Of a stretch of DNA of 64,000 bases, positions 60,424 through 64,000 are shown piece after piece. Under the pieces are notes generated by a model. It saw only the letters and a list, made by a program, of their open reading frames with translations. It searched no databases and was not told where the DNA came from. Where the stretch lies: NCBI GenBank assembly GCA_019749945.1, contig JAIEPF010000016.1, positions 93,269 through 157,268 on the forward strand, read 5' to 3'. The translations under genes were made by a program, and so were the position numbers. The stretch's first letter is position 1, and each line of letters starts with the position of its first letter. Origin of the DNA: Burkholderiales bacterium. GTDB lineage: Bacteria; Pseudomonadota; Gammaproteobacteria; Burkholderiales; SG8-41.

Positions 60424-60431
60424 TCACTGCC

Positions 60432-61016
60432 ATGCCGCACATTAGCCAAGACTCCCTGATGTCTCTTGAAAACTACGCCAAGGCGCGCCCGGAGTTCCGT
60501 GCCAGGGTGATTGCGCACAAAAAGGATCGCGCAATCCAGCTCGGTGCAAACGTGACGCTGATTTTCGAGGACGAGCTGACCATCCGTTACCAGGTGCAGG
60601 AAATGCTGCGCGCCGAAAAGATTTTCGAGCAGGCCGGCATTATCGACGAGCTGGAGGCCTACAACCCGCTGATTCCGGACGGCAGCAACTGGAAGGCGAC
60701 AATGATGATCGAGTATCCCGACGAGAACGAACGCCGCAGCAAGCTCGCCCAGCTGATCGGGATCGAGGATCGTGTCTGGGTGCAGGTCGAGGGCTGTGAG
60801 CGCGTACATGCGATTGCGGACGAGGATCTGGAACGCGACAACGGCCAGAAAACCTCGGCCGTGCATTTTCTCCGGTTCGAGCTCACCGCGCACATGATCG
60901 CCGCGTTGCGCGGCGGGGCGGCGCTGGGAATGGGGGTGGATCATCCGAACTATTCCGCGACCGTCGCACGGGTGGGGGACGCGATGCGCGCGTCGCTCCT
61001 CGTCGATCTCGCCTGA
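60432..61016 (+). CDS. DUF3501-like protein
   Basis: YQVQEMLRAE, YNPLIP, KATMMIEY, KTSAVHFLRF, DHPNY; known neighbour of short rubrerythrins. Confidence 0.88.
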   Translation: MPHISQDSLMSLENYAKARPEFRARVIAHKKDRAIQLGANVTLIFEDELTIRYQVQEMLRAEKIFEQAGIIDELEAYNPLIPDGSNWKATMMIEYPDENERRSKLAQLIGIEDRVWVQVEGCERVHAIADEDLERDNGQKTSAVHFLRFELTAHMIAALRGGAALGMGVDHPNYSATVARVGDAMRASLLVDLA

Positions 61017-61069
61017 TCCTGATCTGTTATGGCTCCCACGCCGGTGCTGCAGGCAGTACAATCGACGGC

Positions 61070-61594
61070 GTGCAAACCTTCCGCTTCAAACTCGCGTGCT
61101 GGGCCGTCCTCGGCTGGCTGGCCGCCGCTCCGGCGCTGGCCCAGTGGGATGGCTGGGATTACAAGTTCGACCGCGAAATCACGCCGTGGGCCGAACTGCA
61201 GCAGCAGCTTCCCGCGTACCCCTTGGACGAAAACCTGATACCGCTGGATGTCGGCGCCGCAACGGCCCACCGTTTTTTTGTTGATGGCAAGTCAGTGTCG
61301 GCCGGCGCCGACGGTGTGGTGCGTTATACGCTGGTGATCAAGGCTGCCGGTGGCGCCAGCAATGTGTCGTTCGAGGGCATCCGCTGCGAATCCCGGGAGC
61401 AGAAATACTATGCCATCGGCCGCAGCGACCGGACCTGGGCGCGCGCGCGCAATCCGCAATGGCGTTATATTGAATTCCAGCACGTCAACGCGCATCACAT
61501 CACCCTTTATGGCGAATACCTGTGCCGCGGAAAAATCATGGTGGAATCGGCCGAGGAGATTGTTCGGGCCCTGCGCCGCGGTCGCGTCGGCTAG
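61070..61594 (+). CDS. CNP1-like exported protein
   Basis: Signal peptide, W.E....[23 protein letters not shown]. Confidence 0.82.
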   Translation: MQTFRFKLACWAVLGWLAAAPALAQWDGWDYKFDREITPWAELQQQLPAYPLDENLIPLDVGAATAHRFFVDGKSVSAGADGVVRYTLVIKAAGGASNVSFEGIRCESREQKYYAIGRSDRTWARARNPQWRYIEFQHVNAHHITLYGEYLCRGKIMVESAEEIVRALRRGRVG

Positions 61595-62727
61595 ATCAGC
61601 ACCAGATTGTCGCGGTGTATCAGTTCCGGTTCATCGACGTAGCCCAGTCTGGCCTCGATCTGGCCGGACGGCGTGCGCAGGATGCGGCAGGTGTCGGCAC
61701 GGCTGTAGTTGATCAGCCCGCGGGCGATTTCCCGGCCTGATTCATCGAGGCAGCTCACCACCTCGCCGCGCTCGAATTCTCCCGCTGCGTCGCAGACGCC
61801 CACCGGCAGCAGGCTTTTGCCGTCGACCACCAGCGCTTTTACCGCACCCGCATCCAGCGTCAACCGGCCGCGCACCTGCAGGTGATCGGCCAGCCATTGT
61901 TTGCGCGCCGCAATCGTCGCCTGCTGTGCGAGCAGCTGGGTGCCCAGGCGTTCACCCGCAGCGAGCCGCAGCAATACGTCGGGTTCGCGCCCCCAGGCGA
62001 TGACGGTGTCCGCGCCGCTGCGGGCCGCACGTTTTGCGGCGAGGATTTTGGTCAGCATGCCACCGCGCGCGATGGCGCTGCCGGTGGCACCGGCAATGGT
62101 TTCAAGATACGGATCACCGGCTACGCCGTCGGCGATGGGTTTGGCATCGGGATGTTTGCGCGGATCGGCGCTGTAGAGACCTTTCTGGTCCGTCAAAATC
62201 ACCAGCGCGTCGGCTTCGATCAGATTGGCAACCAGTGCGGCCAGGGTGTCGTTGTCACCGAAGCGGATTTCATCGATGGCCACCGTGTCGTTTTCGTTGA
62301 TGACCGGAATCACGCCAAGATCAAGCAGCGTGCGCAACGTCGAGCGCGCATTGAGGTAACGCTTGCGGTCGGCGAGGTCCTCGTGGGTGAGCAGGATCTG
62401 CGATGTCAGCAGGCCGTGGCTGCGAAAACAGGACTCATAGACCTGCACCATGCCCATCTGCCCTACGGCTGCAGCCGCCTGCAGTTCATGCAGCGCATGC
62501 GGCCTCTGTGCCCAGCCCAGGCGCTGCATGCCCTCGGCAATCGCGCCGCTGGAGACCAGCACGATCTGCCGCCCGTCATTGTGCAGGCGCGCGATCTGTT
62601 CGGCCCAGCCGGTCAGCGCGCCATGATCCAGGCCCTGTCCGGCATTGGTCACCAGCCCGCTGCCGACCTTGACCACCAGCCGCCGGGCTTTTTTGATGAC
62701 GGATTCCATGGTCTGAGGCGCGCTCAT
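61591..62727 (-). CDS. proB: Glutamate 5-kinase
   Basis: VVKVGS, VSSGA, NENDTV, FGDNDTL, GGMLTK, C-terminal PUA domain. Confidence 0.96.
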   Translation of the reverse strand: MSAPQTMESVIKKARRLVVKVGSGLVTNAGQGLDHGALTGWAEQIARLHNDGRQIVLVSSGAIAEGMQRLGWAQRPHALHELQAAAAVGQMGMVQVYESCFRSHGLLTSQILLTHEDLADRKRYLNARSTLRTLLDLGVIPVINENDTVAIDEIRFGDNDTLAALVANLIEADALVILTDQKGLYSADPRKHPDAKPIADGVAGDPYLETIAGATGSAIARGGMLTKILAAKRAARSGADTVIAWGREPDVLLRLAAGERLGTQLLAQQATIAARKQWLADHLQVRGRLTLDAGAVKALVVDGKSLLPVGVCDAAGEFERGEVVSCLDESGREIARGLINYSRADTCRILRTPSGQIEARLGYVDEPELIHRDNLVLI

Positions 62728-63785
62728 GCGGCGTCGGCTGCCGCGGTTTTGCGGTGCGTCGTCGTTTTGTGCGCGGCGGTGGCCTCGACATGTTCCATCA
62801 CGGCAAAGGTCATCGCCCGGCATCCCTCCCCTGTCAGCGCGGAAATATTAAAGCTTTTGCGTTTGACACCCAACTGTTTCAGCAGGGATCGCACCAGTTT
62901 TTCGCGCTCGGCTTCGGGCACCAGGTCGAGCTTGTTGAACACCAGCCAGCGCGGCTTGCGGTACAGGGCTTCGTCATATTTGCGCAGTTCCCGCACCAGG
63001 GCCTTGGCGTCACGCACCACATCCGCAGCAGGGTCGGGCGGCATCACATCGATGATGTGCAGCAGCAGGCGAGTGCGCGCGAGGTGGCGCAGGAACTGGT
63101 GGCCCAGTCCCGCGCCCTCGGCGGCGCCTTCGATCAGCCCCGGGATGTCGGCAACGACAAAACTGCGGTTGTCGTCGACGCGCACCACGCCGAGGTTGGG
63201 CTGCAGGGTGGTGAACGGATAATCGGCCACCTTGGGCCGTGCCGCGGAGATCGCGCGGATCAGCGTCGATTTGCCCGCATTGGGCAGGCCGAGCAGGCCG
63301 ACGTCGGCGAGCACCTTCAGTTCGAGCTTGAGGTAACGCGAAACCCCGGGGCCGCCGACGGTGAACTGCCGCGGCGCGCGGTTGGTGCTGGATTTGAAGT
63401 GCAGGTTGCCGAGCCCGCCGCTGCCGCCCTGGGCCAGCGTGACCTGCTCGCCGTCCTGCGCCAGGTCAAACAGGATCTCGCCGGTCTCGGCATCGCTGAT
63501 CACGGTGCCCACGGGCATGCGCAGCACGATGTCCGCCGCGGCGCGGCCGAAGCAGTCCGAGCCCATGCCCTTCTGGCCGTTTTTCGCGCGGTGGATGCGG
63601 GCGTAGCGATAGTCGATCAGGGTATTGATGTTGCGGTCGGCCACGGCAAAAATGCTGCCGCCGCGACCGCCGTCACCGCCGTCGGGGCCGCCGCGCGGCA
63701 CGAATTTTTCGCGCCGGAAACTGGCAACACCGTCGCCGCCCTTGCCGGCATGCACTTCGATTCGCGCTTCATCGATGAATTTCAT
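62724..63785 (-). CDS. obgE: GTPase ObgE/CgtA
   Basis: [38 protein letters not shown]. Confidence 0.97.
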   Translation of the reverse strand: MKFIDEARIEVHAGKGGDGVASFRREKFVPRGGPDGGDGGRGGSIFAVADRNINTLIDYRYARIHRAKNGQKGMGSDCFGRAAADIVLRMPVGTVISDAETGEILFDLAQDGEQVTLAQGGSGGLGNLHFKSSTNRAPRQFTVGGPGVSRYLKLELKVLADVGLLGLPNAGKSTLIRAISAARPKVADYPFTTLQPNLGVVRVDDNRSFVVADIPGLIEGAAEGAGLGHQFLRHLARTRLLLHIIDVMPPDPAADVVRDAKALVRELRKYDEALYRKPRWLVFNKLDLVPEAEREKLVRSLLKQLGVKRKSFNISALTGEGCRAMTFAVMEHVEATAAHKTTTHRKTAAADAA

Positions 63786-63800
63786 GGGATCCCCCAAATA

Positions 63801-63830
63801 AAAAGGCCCTGTCGTTCAACAGGGCCTTTT
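63801..63830 (-). terminator. Intrinsic terminator after rpmA
   Basis: AAAAGGCCCTGT-CGTTCA-ACAGGGCCTTTT. Confidence 0.85.
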
Positions 63831-63849
63831 CAGCACTACAAACTAATGA

Positions 63850-64000
63850 TCAGGCAGGAACGACGCTCACGGTCTGGCGCTGTTGCGGGCCTTTGTGCGC
63901 GAACTGCACGCGGCCGTCAACTTTGGCGAACAGCGTGTGGTCACGGCCGATGCCGACGTTTTCGCCGGGATGCATGCGCGTGCCGCGCTGGCGCACGATG
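63850..64000 (-). CDS. rpmA: 50S ribosomal protein L27 (5' part outside the window)
   Basis: Manual translation [33 protein letters not shown]...TVSVVPA*; rpmA-obgE-proB synteny. Confidence 0.95.
   Translation of the reverse strand, partial: IVRQRGTRMHPGENVGIGRDHTLFAKVDGRVQFAHKGPQQRQTVSVVPA

Overview
GC-rich chromosomal segment whose gene content and order look betaproteobacterial (inference). In order it contains: (1) an oxalate module (oxc, Crp/Fnr regulator, frc, and a stand-alone formyltransferase resembling the ALDH1L1 N-terminal domain), with twin TTGAC-N4-GTCAA boxes; (2) a ~22 kb signalling/pilus island (CHASE2 Ser/Thr kinase, PP2C, double-FHA protein, CHASE2 adenylate cyclase, MBL-fold cNMP phosphodiesterase, GAF-PilB/GspE ATPase, GAF-HD-GYP, three TPR-GT-B glycosyltransferases, a type IVa pilin with a sigma54 promoter and perfect CRP box, an O-oligosaccharyltransferase-like protein and an OGT-like GT41); (3) soxYZAX, moaC, bepA, a cNMP-domain kinase and a TusA-family gene; (4) core genes: valS with an in-frame 178-aa N-terminal extension, holC, pepA, lptFG, an ECF sigma cluster, ilvIHC, psd, pssA, leuA with a Leu-rich leader peptide, wrbA, proS, rppH, rubrerythrin-FeS-DUF3501, proB, obgE and rpmA. 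I saw no rRNA, tRNA, CRISPR array or mobile element. Best candidates for undescribed biology are a cAMP/phospho-Thr circuit wired to a GAF-bearing pilus motor, a possible formyl-CoA:tetrahydrofolate formyltransferase, and a PopZ-like scaffold fused to ValRS. All family calls come from motif recognition by eye; no database search was run.
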